From contig JBEGVZ010000075.1 in assembly GCA_041178085.1 (NCBI GenBank), forward strand, positions 1 through 60,502: a DNA stretch of 60,502 nucleotides, given 5' to 3'. The number at the start of each line of letters is the position of its first letter. The first letter of the stretch is position 1. The notes beneath the pieces were generated by a model. That model worked only from the letters and a program-made list of their open reading frames with translations. It had not been told where the DNA came from and did not search any database. Below are positions 45,633 to 54,660 of the stretch, piece after piece. The translations under genes were made by a program, and so were the position numbers. The stretch comes from Pseudomonadota bacterium (GTDB lineage: Bacteria; Bdellovibrionota_B; Oligoflexia; Oligoflexales; RGVZ01).

Positions 45633-45660
45633 AACCCGCCGTAATGGCGGGTTTTTTATT
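45633..45660 (+). terminator. Intrinsic terminator
   Basis: AACCCGCC-gtaat-GGCGGGTT followed by TTTTATT. Confidence 0.85.
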
Positions 45661-45692
45661 ATCAGAATCCGCCCTGCTGCATCTGAGTCCGT

Positions 45693-45709
45693 TTGGCACG
45701 CCCCTTGAA
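45693..45709 (+). promoter_or_regulatory. Possible sigma54 promoter with variant -12 element
   Basis: TTGGCACG-CCCC-TTGAA: perfect -24 box, GA instead of GC at -12. Confidence 0.45.
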
Positions 45710-45792
45710 CCCTAAGCGTAAAGAGCCGGTAATTTTCCGTTGGTCGAACGTGTTGTCGTCGCGGGCGCTGGCTCAGGTCGGGGAGGCCTAAA

Positions 45793-46491
45793 ATGGGGTT
45801 GCTAAAAAAATCCAGCAGGTTGATCGGCAGGTTCGTTTTGTCGAACTTGGTGTCGATGGCGGCACTGGGCGGCGAAGCCGCGCTGGCGCAAAGTGCCAGC
45901 TTCAACCACAACTATGTCAACACAATGCGTTCCGGCACGGTCAGTCATATGTTCGTGTCGCAGTCCGTGGACGGTGAATTCGGCAAGTTTTCTGCCACAA
46001 CGAAGCCTGGAACCAGCGCGGATGCGCTGGCCTCGGTCGGTGGGGCCCTCGGGCCCTCAAGCGATTCATGGCGCGGGTTTGGCATCGGCACCTCCTTTGG
46101 ACTGGAGGTCCTCAAATTCGTGCAGTTTACCTCTGGGCACACGTTCGTTTCGCTGCGTCGCAACGATGATGGCTTGCAGACTCTTAGTGGATCCCGTCTG
46201 CATGCCGGTGCGAAATTTGTGTTTACCGCGCCGCTGGCCAACCTGGAGCTTGGTGGTGGCGTGCTGGGTTCTCGGATGGACCTCGTGCAGCGCCTTCAGC
46301 GCGGTGATTACTACGGCAGCGGCCTGTTTTACTCCCTCGGCATGAACTATTTCCTGTCCAGCCAGGTTTCAGTGTTCGGGACGTTAAAGACCCTTCAGGA
46401 ACGCCTGGTCCAGACCGGTGGTGATTCCACCTACGACACCATCCGCAACAACTCCACCACGGTGGGGACAGGATTTTCGATCTGGTTGTGA
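45793..46491 (+). CDS. Small outer-membrane beta-barrel protein
   Basis: SD GGGGAGG; signal peptide; about 8 amphipathic strands; ends VGTGFSIWL. Confidence 0.72.
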   Translation: MGLLKKSSRLIGRFVLSNLVSMAALGGEAALAQSASFNHNYVNTMRSGTVSHMFVSQSVDGEFGKFSATTKPGTSADALASVGGALGPSSDSWRGFGIGTSFGLEVLKFVQFTSGHTFVSLRRNDDGLQTLSGSRLHAGAKFVFTAPLANLELGGGVLGSRMDLVQRLQRGDYYGSGLFYSLGMNYFLSSQVSVFGTLKTLQERLVQTGGDSTYDTIRNNSTTVGTGFSIWL

Positions 46492-46519
46492 AATCCTGAT
46501 TCTTTGCGATTTCCCGGAT

Positions 46520-46563
46520 CCCGGTTGTTTCCCGCGAGGGAAATGGCCGGGGTTTTGCTTTTT
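46520..46563 (+). terminator. Intrinsic terminator
   Basis: CCCGGTTGTTTCCC-gcga-GGGAAATGGCCGGG (three G-U pairs, GNRA loop) followed by GTTTTGCTTTTT. Confidence 0.75.
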
Positions 46564-46641
46564 CACTGTTGACGCAGTGATTCGAATGGCGAAAGATGTT
46601 GTTTTGAACCATCGCACAAAAAATAAGCACGGAGGCTTGTC

Positions 46642-47283
46642 ATGGTAACCCGTTGCGCGACCAGGATGTCGATTTTTTCCGCAGCTTTGTTGCTGGGCGG
46701 TTGTTTCTTCGAAGCCGGTCCGGGGACTGCCCGCACCGAAGAGGACGCAACCCAGACCACCCGCGCTGCCGGATTCCACTGCCGCATGGACCTCATGTCG
46801 GGATGCATCGAAGCTGCGATACCGCCGGCTCCCGAAGTTACCGTGAACGGCAAGCCCTTCTTTGACGCCAACCACCTGGCGAGCGAATTCCAGGCGGTCC
46901 TTGCGGACTCGGCGCCGACAGCCCAGGCTGATTTGCTGGCAAAAGGCGGCAAGGTTGAGTTCCTGACCCGGATCGACAACAAAGCCTTCGCCAAGGGTTT
47001 CCAGATCTTCATCAAAGGGCAGACGGCACATTCGGCCGACGCCCTTGCAACGGGCGGTTTCCTGGTGCACCGGATTCCCGAGGGCGCCTACAACGTCCGC
47101 GTGCAGAAGCTCGTGAAGTACAAGATCACGCAGGAACCTGTTCCGGCTGGGCAGGATGCCGCTAAAGAAGAAGTCTTCTGCGCCACTTTGCATGCCGAAA
47201 CGAACCTCGAAGTCTACAACGCAGAGCGTGTTCAGCACCTGTTTGACGACTACGAGCTGTTCCTGGCGGAATGCCCGCGCTGA
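46642..47283 (+). CDS. Lipoprotein of unknown function
   Basis: SD GGAGG; lipobox LGGC; paired Cys; F.V..IPEG.Y.VRV resembles a transthyretin-like/CarboxypepD_reg strand pattern (inference). Confidence 0.72.
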   Translation: MVTRCATRMSIFSAALLLGGCFFEAGPGTARTEEDATQTTRAAGFHCRMDLMSGCIEAAIPPAPEVTVNGKPFFDANHLASEFQAVLADSAPTAQADLLAKGGKVEFLTRIDNKAFAKGFQIFIKGQTAHSADALATGGFLVHRIPEGAYNVRVQKLVKYKITQEPVPAGQDAAKEEVFCATLHAETNLEVYNAERVQHLFDDYELFLAECPR

Positions 47284-48017
47284 GCGTGAACCAGACAGGC
47301 ACAAGGTCTCTCGGGATCATTGGAGGGTTGAGCTGGGTCTCAACCCTTCTTTATTACCGCTGGATCAATGAGGCCGTGCAGCATGCGCGTGGGCGCCAGG
47401 CCTCTGCGGAACTCGTGATCCGCAGCGTCGATTTCCAGCCAGTGATTGACGCCCAGATGGCCAACGACTGGGCGCGTGCGGGTCAGATTGTCGTCCGTGC
47501 CGCAGCGGACATTGCACGCGCCGGGGCTTCGGCCTTCCTGATTGCCAGCAACACGATGCACCTTGCAGCGGCGGCGGCGGATGAAGCGGTAAACCTGCCG
47601 CGACTGGACATCTTTGACGCCACGGCGGCCGCCATCCAGGTCAGTGGATGCTCACAGGTTGCTCTGCTCGGCACACGCTACACCATGGACATGCCTTTTT
47701 TCAGGGATCAATTCCGGCAGCGTGGAATTGACGTCATCGTTCCGGAAGCTGCAGATGGGCGTCGCGTCAACGAAATCATTTTCCGTGAGCTGATCCACGA
47801 CCGCATGTCTGCGGACGCTTCACGTGCACTGGATGACATCGTAGGGCGCATGCAGTCCCGGGGGGCTGGTGGCGTTATCCTTGGATGCACGGAGCTTGCG
47901 CTCTATCAGACAGCACGCATTGGACAGCGGGGCGACCTGTTGTTTTTTGACTCGGCAAGGTTGCACGCCCTTGCCGCGGCTGAGTGGCTTCTTCAGGATC
48001 CAAACAAGTCGCAGTAG
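47271..48017 (+). CDS. Aspartate/glutamate racemase family protein (YgeA/RacX-like)
   Basis: GIIGGLSW.ST..YY..IN, SNTMH, LLGTRYTM, ILGCTEL; start 47271 or GTG 47286. Confidence 0.9.
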   Translation: MPALSVNQTGTRSLGIIGGLSWVSTLLYYRWINEAVQHARGRQASAELVIRSVDFQPVIDAQMANDWARAGQIVVRAAADIARAGASAFLIASNTMHLAAAAADEAVNLPRLDIFDATAAAIQVSGCSQVALLGTRYTMDMPFFRDQFRQRGIDVIVPEAADGRRVNEIIFRELIHDRMSADASRALDDIVGRMQSRGAGGVILGCTELALYQTARIGQRGDLLFFDSARLHALAAAEWLLQDPNKSQ

Positions 48018-48808
48018 TTTTGCCAGACGCGGGCTTTGGCTTCTTCTTCGCTCCAGCCGCGCAGCTCACCCAGGAAGGCGACCGTACCAGTGACGTTTGC
48101 GGGTTCGTTACGTTCCCCGCGCACCGGTCCCATGTAGGGCGCATCGGTTTCTGTCAGGATTCGATCTGCCGGCAGTGACGAAAGCATTTTACGGAAGCTT
48201 TCCGACACGCGGGCATTGGCCGGGATAGAGAAATACCACCCATGTTCCTCGGCCCACTTTTGTGCGTGGCGCGTCTTGCCTCCGAAACAGTGGAAGTCCA
48301 CTTTCCGGGCACCTGCCGCCGCCAGTATCTCGGCGCAGCGGACCTCCCGCTTCCGGCTGTGCACGATGACAGGCAGGTCGTGTTCTATGGCGACTGCGAC
48401 CAGTGCCTCGAACACTTTTTCCTGCCCCGGGAATGTTTCTTCGCCAACCAGATGACCGTCCAGCCCGCACTCACCGATGGCGATGATTTCCTTTGCAGCC
48501 GCACTTTCACGGATGAAGGCAATTTCCTCATCGACATCGAAGCGGTCGATGCGCCACGGATAATCCGCGGGCAGCATTCCGTTGACGGCGTCCGTGGGAT
48601 AGATGCCAAGGGCGGGCTTGATCTCGGGGTATTCTCCCGCAAGGACCATGATTTCACGATTTGAAGCGGGATTCAGGCCATTGCAGACAATAGCACCAAG
48701 ACCCGCTTCGATCGCCCTCGCGATGACCTCTTTCTGGTCATCGCGAAAACGCTCGTGGGTCAGGTGTGTGTGAACATCACAGAATCTGGCTGTGCCGGAC
48801 GGGATCAT
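47993..48808 (-). CDS. TatD family hydrolase/DNase
   Basis: DVHTHL, IGECGLD, VHSR, FHCF, LTETDAPY, RNEP. Confidence 0.93.
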   Translation of the reverse strand: MIPSGTARFCDVHTHLTHERFRDDQKEVIARAIEAGLGAIVCNGLNPASNREIMVLAGEYPEIKPALGIYPTDAVNGMLPADYPWRIDRFDVDEEIAFIRESAAAKEIIAIGECGLDGHLVGEETFPGQEKVFEALVAVAIEHDLPVIVHSRKREVRCAEILAAAGARKVDFHCFGGKTRHAQKWAEEHGWYFSIPANARVSESFRKMLSSLPADRILTETDAPYMGPVRGERNEPANVTGTVAFLGELRGWSEEEAKARVWQNYCDLFGS

Positions 48809-48817
48809 CGAACCGGA

Positions 48818-50401
48818 TCATTGGCCAAACTTGGTTTTGGCCGCCTTCACTGATTCGTAGGCGTTGATCGTGCCATAACCGAACGTATTGTTCGGGGTGG
48901 CCGATCCCGGGACGCCGCCGCAGGTCTGGGTGGTGGTCTTGGGTTGAGCTGTGCCGCGGACAAGTTCTATTGTCTCGTGCAGGCGACCAACGAGAGCTGG
49001 TGCCGCGCTCCACATCAACGCAACCTGGCCAACCACGTGTGGTCCTGCCATGGAGGTTCCACTCCAGCCAGAACCTGCGTAACTGCCACCCGGAACAGCC
49101 GACCGGACATCAACTCCCGGCGCGGTAACGTCTGGTCCTGTGCCATTGTCGAAAATGGACGGACCGCGGCTGGAGAAGCTTGCGATCTTGTCGGTGCGAT
49201 GGTCATGTGCGCCGACCGCGAGGGTTTCGTCCGTGTGATGCGCAGGTGCAGAGTCAATCGACGAGCAGCTGGGGCCATTATTGCCTGCAGAAGCAACGAT
49301 CATGATTCCGGCGGCCTCAAGGGACTTGAGTACGGTCAGGAATTCACTGCCATCGCAGTTTTCACTCTCGTCGCATCCCCAGGAATTATTGACCACGTGG
49401 GGGGCAAGTTCCGGGCGCCCATCCGTTGCTGCGTTGCCGCCTTGAGGGTACGGTGCCAAGAAGAACTCGAAGCACTCGAGGTAGGTGTGAGGAGCCCCCA
49501 CGCCGGCGTCCATGTTGCGGCAGCCGATCCACTTGGCGCCTGGCGCGACGCCGATCTTGTTGGCACCGCCGTCATCACCGACCACTGTACCGAGGGTGTG
49601 CGTGCCGTGGCCGTTATCGTCGCATGGGACTTTCAGGTCGTAACCGCAGCTATTCTCAACCTCCGGGTCCATGCTCTTGTGGATTGCATCGTGCCAAGCA
49701 TAGGTGTGATCGGCCTTGCCGCCGTCCCAGCCGCGGTAGCTTGCCTTGAGGGCCGGGTGGTCCCACTGGATGCCAGTGTCCTGGCCAGCCACGACGATCC
49801 CTTCACCGCGCGTTCCGAGTTCCGACCAGACGCGGTTGGCGCCAATCTTCACCAGGTTTTCTCCGATTCCTGTTGCCGGCTCATCCAGGCGTTCAAGGAA
49901 CCCATTGCGTTCCCGCTGTTCCGGGGTCGGCATCTTCATGCGGACCTTGGGATCTGCGACCACGCGCTGGACGTCGGGGCGGGCGGCGATCTGACCGATG
50001 ATTTCCGGCGTTGCGTCCACAATTGCGATCGCATTGCCAAGATAATAAGACTTGAATTGAATTTTGCGCGCCTTAAGCCACGCAGTCAGGCTGCGTTGGG
50101 ACGACTTTGCATTGGCGACCAGCGCCTTGTAGACGAACTTGCCGCGTTCTTCCTTCGATTCCATGTCGTAGGCCTTGTCCAGGTGTGCCTGTTGGAGCAT
50201 GAAAACAAGAGCCGGAATTTTCCGTTCCTGGGTGCCAGGCAATGCCTCCGCAGCCTTGTGAGCGTCAAGTGCGCGAATTTCCCGCCACAAGCCGGGGCTT
50301 ATTTTTGGATTTGGAGCGATTTCGCTCTTTCCAGCTCCGGAGGCCACGGCGGCCAAGGCCAGGCTGAAAATACCACTCATGGCAAACGTAAGACGGTTCA
50401 T
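48818..50401 (-). CDS. Secreted S8 subtilisin-like serine protease (bacillopeptidase F-like)
   Basis: Signal peptide and prodomain; DTG, HGTHT, NNSWG, AGN, GTSMAGPHV. Confidence 0.95.
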   Translation of the reverse strand: MNRLTFAMSGIFSLALAAVASGAGKSEIAPNPKISPGLWREIRALDAHKAAEALPGTQERKIPALVFMLQQAHLDKAYDMESKEERGKFVYKALVANAKSSQRSLTAWLKARKIQFKSYYLGNAIAIVDATPEIIGQIAARPDVQRVVADPKVRMKMPTPEQRERNGFLERLDEPATGIGENLVKIGANRVWSELGTRGEGIVVAGQDTGIQWDHPALKASYRGWDGGKADHTYAWHDAIHKSMDPEVENSCGYDLKVPCDDNGHGTHTLGTVVGDDGGANKIGVAPGAKWIGCRNMDAGVGAPHTYLECFEFFLAPYPQGGNAATDGRPELAPHVVNNSWGCDESENCDGSEFLTVLKSLEAAGIMIVASAGNNGPSCSSIDSAPAHHTDETLAVGAHDHRTDKIASFSSRGPSIFDNGTGPDVTAPGVDVRSAVPGGSYAGSGWSGTSMAGPHVVGQVALMWSAAPALVGRLHETIELVRGTAQPKTTTQTCGGVPGSATPNNTFGYGTINAYESVKAAKTKFGQ

Positions 50402-50487
50402 GTCGTTTTCCCCGGGTGTGGTTTTGGATTGGTCCGGGGCTGATTAAAGGACTTTTTTTGCTGAAAAGCAATTCCCTTTATCGAGGA

Positions 50488-51537
50488 TCAGTGGGCGGTA
50501 TCCAGTTTGTCTTTTGGTTTGTTGCCGGACACATCCGACGTGGCGTCTGCAAACCACTTCACGGCAAATTTCTGCTCTGAACTGCGGCGGAAAATCTCCT
50601 GGACTGCCAGCTCCAGTTTGGGTGCGGTCACGGCCATGGTCTCCATCGGCACAGACACAAACAAATGCCGCCCCGATTCGGTCAGGGGTGCGGCAGTGGT
50701 CCCGGCAATGCGATCGAGGCTGGCCAAGATGTCCTCTTGCGATGCGACCTCAAGCGCCAGACCATTGGCTGTCATTTGTGTGATGCGGTCGTTCCCAGTA
50801 TTTAGAGTGAAGGGCCGCATTGTAACTCCAACTCCGGCCCACAATTCTTTGATGTTGGCCATCAGGGGGAAACGGAACAGGCGCCCGGCATAATGATCCG
50901 GAGCGATTGCAGAGAAGTCATGGGTGATCCCCTCTGCGGCGGCCGCGGCCAGCAGCTCAGGCGAGGCAGCGTGCCCGGCAACCTTCATCAGCCTGCCATC
51001 CCCGAATGAATTGCGGGCAAACAGTTGTCGGCTTTTCTTGATGATTTTGCGCAAGTCCGTCGCTGGGTACGCGTTCATCAGCACTTCGCGACCGCAGTCA
51101 TCGATACAGGATTTAACGGTCAAGCGGTTGCCCCAGAAGGTTGGTCCGTTTTTGAAAGAAACATTTGCCGCTTCTGTGACGGACTTCCAGCCGTTCAAGT
51201 AGACGCCCGCCAAGTCGCTACGGCCAACCAGTTCACGCATTTGCTGGATCGCCGTTTCGCGGCTGCGGACATCCTTGTGGTTACGGGTGAAATAGACAGG
51301 GCTTATGAAATGCACGACTTTCACTGCCTCAAACCGGTTGCGGAAGGCAGCGATTGCCTCGCGGTTTGCTGCGGATAAAGGTTCCCCTTCCCAGAGAACA
51401 CCGATGGTCACGGTCAGACTCGGGTCATCCGCCCTTGCAATACCCGCCGCAAGCAAGGGCATGGTGGCAATAAGCAAAAAGAGGGAACACGCACGGCGTG
51501 CCCTGGCAAGAAGACTTTCTCTGTTCAAGCGCAGCAC
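50488..51537 (-). CDS. Secreted protein, possible polysaccharide deacetylase-like barrel with degenerate active site
   Basis: Signal peptide; beta/alpha alternation (TIGVLWEG, HFISP.YF, GVYLNGW, VAGH, HDFS). Fold is inference. Confidence 0.55.
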   Translation of the reverse strand: MLRLNRESLLARARRACSLFLLIATMPLLAAGIARADDPSLTVTIGVLWEGEPLSAANREAIAAFRNRFEAVKVVHFISPVYFTRNHKDVRSRETAIQQMRELVGRSDLAGVYLNGWKSVTEAANVSFKNGPTFWGNRLTVKSCIDDCGREVLMNAYPATDLRKIIKKSRQLFARNSFGDGRLMKVAGHAASPELLAAAAAEGITHDFSAIAPDHYAGRLFRFPLMANIKELWAGVGVTMRPFTLNTGNDRITQMTANGLALEVASQEDILASLDRIAGTTAAPLTESGRHLFVSVPMETMAVTAPKLELAVQEIFRRSSEQKFAVKWFADATSDVSGNKPKDKLDTAH

Positions 51538-51540
51538 GCT

Positions 51541-53520
51541 TTATTTCCCCTTGGTTCTTCGTAACAACGACTTCAGCGCCAGCAGAATCGGAATTGCAAC
51601 CAGCAAGGCCAGGAATGTATCGAACTCCCCATAGACAACGGGGTTGTCTACCGTGGTCCCTTTCGGGTGGACGTAGATTCCTGATTGAATCACAGTGCAT
51701 CCGAAAATATTTCCCGACGATCGCCGTGACTTTGATGCGCTGACTGGGGACCGCAAGGAGTCTGTAGTCGGGCTTGCATTGATATTTCGGGCCAATGCTT
51801 TTTGTTCGATTGCATCCTTGTGGGCCGATGCAAACAGTGTTTCATCTGATTTGATCAGTGCCGCCAGGAAATCTCCGAAGCTGGCTCCGCTGGGCAATAA
51901 TTCAATCGCGCCCAGTGTCATGCGGACCAGGTCATTATTTGCGATGCCCGACACCTTCAGGTCCCAAAGGAATCCGCTGACCAACTGCCCCTTCTGATGA
52001 TCAAGGCTTACGCGGAACTCGGCGGATCCATAGGTGAGGGTATTATCGGCGGAACGCAGGCACTGAGTTGTTGAGCAGATGGACTGCGTGCCTCCGGTAC
52101 AGATACCTGATCCAAGGCAGGGACTGTCATTACGCATCATCACGAAGAAGTCGGATAGCCCCTCATGCAGCTGCAGTGCTTCCGTGCCGACCCCGTATTG
52201 AGTGATTGCAGTGAAGACGACATGGTGGCCGAATTCATGGCTGGTCACACCGTTGTCGAGGTGCAGGTCCTTTAGCAGAACGTTGTCGCCCTGACCAACC
52301 CGGATGGCGGGTGGATAGTTGTCGTAACCTGGATCGGAAGGAACATAGACGGCGTTTGCCTTGGCCTTGCACACTCCGGTGGAGGGGCAGCGTGCACATT
52401 CCGTCGTGTCGTAGCATTCAGCAACGCGCAAAACGATGGGGTTGGTTGGTGCCCAGCTGAAGCCAAGGTTGCCCAGATAGTCTGCGTGGGTGTTAGCGTA
52501 TGCGAAAACGCTCGCTTCCTGAAAATGGCGGCTCGAAGTAGAGAAATCGAACTTGTTGCCTGCGTCAGCGACCGCGCGGCCCTCCGGGTATCCGAAGTCG
52601 GTGCGGAACCGCGGGTTTTCGAGGTGGCTTTGTCCATCGTTTATCATGAAGGGCAGGTTACCAAGTGTCCCGTCCTGCTTGTTTTTTAGGTAAACGTTGG
52701 CCGAAGCCGCCGCATCAAAAAACTGCGGGTTGAACGACAAAATCTCACGATCATCCGCAATAACCTCGTAGGGCAATGACCCGATCTTTAACACAAATCG
52801 CCAGGCGGGTTTCAGCGCGGAAGGGCCTGGCATGTAAATCTCTTCGCTGGACAGGACAGGTGACCTGCCGTTTTGATCGCCGTCAAGGTTGAGTTGATCG
52901 GCGTCGCCGGATCCGGGGTGCATGGAATCCCATGCCACGGCAAGTGCTGTCGAACGATCTGGCCAATTGCCATCACCCTCGAAGGCGTGCAGTGCGAGAG
53001 AAGCGTCCAGCACCGGCAAATTTCCCAGCATCGATATGCGGCCTGGATTGCCAGCCTCGTCAGGTGGCAGTGCCACGGCTTTCACGGAGAAACCGTGAAT
53101 CCGGCGTCCACCTAGATAAAACTCAATGGGCTTGATCGACGCGGCGCGTTCGGGAAGGCTGTTGGCCAGTGGCAGGAATCCTGTGGGCGCGCGCCCCATT
53201 TCCCTGGCCTCGATAAACGGATGTAACCCTTCGTCCCGGAGGAGTGCCTGCACGCTCCCTGTCATGGTAACACCAGGGTCGATTGCCAGATCGAGGCTTA
53301 GGGTTCGTTCAAGCCCCGGCCGGAACTCCTCCAGCCAGCGAATTTCCGGACGAGCGAGCAAGGCATCGAGGGAAAAACCGGACATGGCGTATGCAGCGGA
53401 TGGCTGGACTAAATGGGGCAGGAGAGCTGCCGCAGTGAGCGTGACAACATCCCGGAATGCCAGCTTTTTATCGTTGCCTGGAAAAGCCACTGCGGGTTCC
53501 TGTTCTGGGCTGTCGAACAC
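51541..53520 (-). CDS. Zinc metalloprotease (M4/M36-like gluzincin) with C-terminal GC..TM..basic tail
   Basis: PepSY-like PAW propeptide; NAVY; HEFGH; LHEGLSDFF; tail FGC...hydrophobic helix..RRTKGK. Confidence 0.82.
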   Translation of the reverse strand: MFDSPEQEPAVAFPGNDKKLAFRDVVTLTAAALLPHLVQPSAAYAMSGFSLDALLARPEIRWLEEFRPGLERTLSLDLAIDPGVTMTGSVQALLRDEGLHPFIEAREMGRAPTGFLPLANSLPERAASIKPIEFYLGGRRIHGFSVKAVALPPDEAGNPGRISMLGNLPVLDASLALHAFEGDGNWPDRSTALAVAWDSMHPGSGDADQLNLDGDQNGRSPVLSSEEIYMPGPSALKPAWRFVLKIGSLPYEVIADDREILSFNPQFFDAAASANVYLKNKQDGTLGNLPFMINDGQSHLENPRFRTDFGYPEGRAVADAGNKFDFSTSSRHFQEASVFAYANTHADYLGNLGFSWAPTNPIVLRVAECYDTTECARCPSTGVCKAKANAVYVPSDPGYDNYPPAIRVGQGDNVLLKDLHLDNGVTSHEFGHHVVFTAITQYGVGTEALQLHEGLSDFFVMMRNDSPCLGSGICTGGTQSICSTTQCLRSADNTLTYGSAEFRVSLDHQKGQLVSGFLWDLKVSGIANNDLVRMTLGAIELLPSGASFGDFLAALIKSDETLFASAHKDAIEQKALARNINASPTTDSLRSPVSASKSRRSSGNIFGCTVIQSGIYVHPKGTTVDNPVVYGEFDTFLALLVAIPILLALKSLLRRTKGK

Positions 53521-53591
53521 AGCCGCGTTCTTGGAAGGGAATCGGTCTTTTGTTCAGAAAAGTTGAGTCTTTGCGATGTTTTTTGGTGAAA

Positions 53592-53654
53592 TAAATTATT
53601 GATTTTATTAGCTAAAAAACGTTTTTTAGGTTTATCCACAGGATCTGTTGATAA
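53592..53654. promoter_or_regulatory. AT-rich element: IHF consensus, 18-bp palindrome and two opposed DnaA boxes
   Basis: Minus-strand AATCAATAATTTA (53592-53604); CTAAAAAACGTTTTTTAG (53612-53629); TTATCCACA (53632-53640); TGTTGATAA (53646-53654, one mismatch). Confidence 0.65.
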
Positions 53655-53731
53655 GTCCTGTACGCTGTGGGCGGTTCCGCCTAGAATTCAGCTGTTTCAC
53701 CGGATCGCTCAATAGTTGGGCAGGGGACCAA

Positions 53732-54649
53732 ATGGCATCAGGAAATCGAGTTTTCGTCAGTTCAGTGGAAGGAAACCGCCAATGGCTGGACGGCGGTTCT
53801 ATGTTCGGAAATGTGCCCCGTCCTGTGTGGGAAAAATGGGCCAAACCTGATGCCAGGGGACGGATTGAGCTCGCCTGCCGCGCCATGCTGGTCCAGATCG
53901 GGAACAAAAAGATTCTTTGCGAAACGGGGATTGGCGTATTTTTTGAGCCGACGTTGGCTGAACGCTATGGCGTGATCGAGCAAGAGCATCGTCTGCTTGC
54001 CAGCCTTGTGGCTGCTGGAATCGCGCCTGATGACATCGATTTTGTCATTCTCTCTCATCTGCATTTCGACCATGCGGGGGGCCTGCTTCCGTCCTGGCAA
54101 GAGATCCAGGCGGGTAACCGTTCGCTCCTGTTTCGCAAAGCCAGGTACGTAACCGGCCGTCGTGCCTTTGAGCGTGCAGAAAATCCCCATTCAAGAGACC
54201 GCGCATCTTTCATTCCCGGATTGGACAAGCTGTTGAAGGAATCCGGTCGCCTCGTCCTGGTGGACGATCCAGGTCACCATGGTCAAGCGGTCACTCATCC
54301 GGACGTTTTGCCAGACTTCGTTTCATTCAGATTCTCTGACGGTCACACGCCCGGCCAGATGCACACCATCATTACCGGGACGCGGGACAAGATCATTTTT
54401 GCAGGTGACCTTGTCCCTGGTCGCGCGTGGGTGCACGTGCCCGTGTCGATGGGTTACGACCGCTTCCCGGAACAAGTGATTGATGAAAAAGAGGGGCTGT
54501 ATTCCGCTGCGGTGCCAGAACAGTGGTGGATGTTTTACACCCACGATCCTGCCTGCGCTGCTTCACGCATTGAACGGGTGACGGAAGGTGGACGAACCCG
54601 CGTCCGCCCAGTCGCTGAGCAGCCAGTCCTTGCCGGGTTCGAAATCTGA
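53732..54649 (+). CDS. MBL-fold metallo-hydrolase (YtnP-like)
   Basis: LDGGSMFG.VP...W, SHLHFDHAGG, GHTPG, AGDL, MGYD, FYTHDP. Confidence 0.93.
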   Translation: MASGNRVFVSSVEGNRQWLDGGSMFGNVPRPVWEKWAKPDARGRIELACRAMLVQIGNKKILCETGIGVFFEPTLAERYGVIEQEHRLLASLVAAGIAPDDIDFVILSHLHFDHAGGLLPSWQEIQAGNRSLLFRKARYVTGRRAFERAENPHSRDRASFIPGLDKLLKESGRLVLVDDPGHHGQAVTHPDVLPDFVSFRFSDGHTPGQMHTIITGTRDKIIFAGDLVPGRAWVHVPVSMGYDRFPEQVIDEKEGLYSAAVPEQWWMFYTHDPACAASRIERVTEGGRTRVRPVAEQPVLAGFEI

Positions 54650-54660
54650 CAGGTGTGGTG

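Noticed and set aside
45661..45792. Possible 6S RNA or riboswitch (contains CCTTGAACC and a TCTGAGTC/GGCTCAGG pairing)
   Set aside because: Too short, no long closing stem found, and the motif overlaps a sigma54-like box.
46544..46559. sigma54-like TGGCCG-GGGTT-TTGCT upstream of the lipoprotein gene
   Set aside because: Coincides with the right arm and U-tract of a terminator, which explains the sequence; dual use is possible but unsupported.
48944..50443. Long antisense ORFs (499 aa here; also 59306-60430, 6536-7504, 40514-41434)
   Set aside because: They lie opposite well-supported genes and are expected from GC-rich codon bias.
53575..53660. Firm oriC call
   Set aside because: Only two clear DnaA boxes, no origin-linked genes and no skew switch visible by eye; kept as a DnaA/IHF element.
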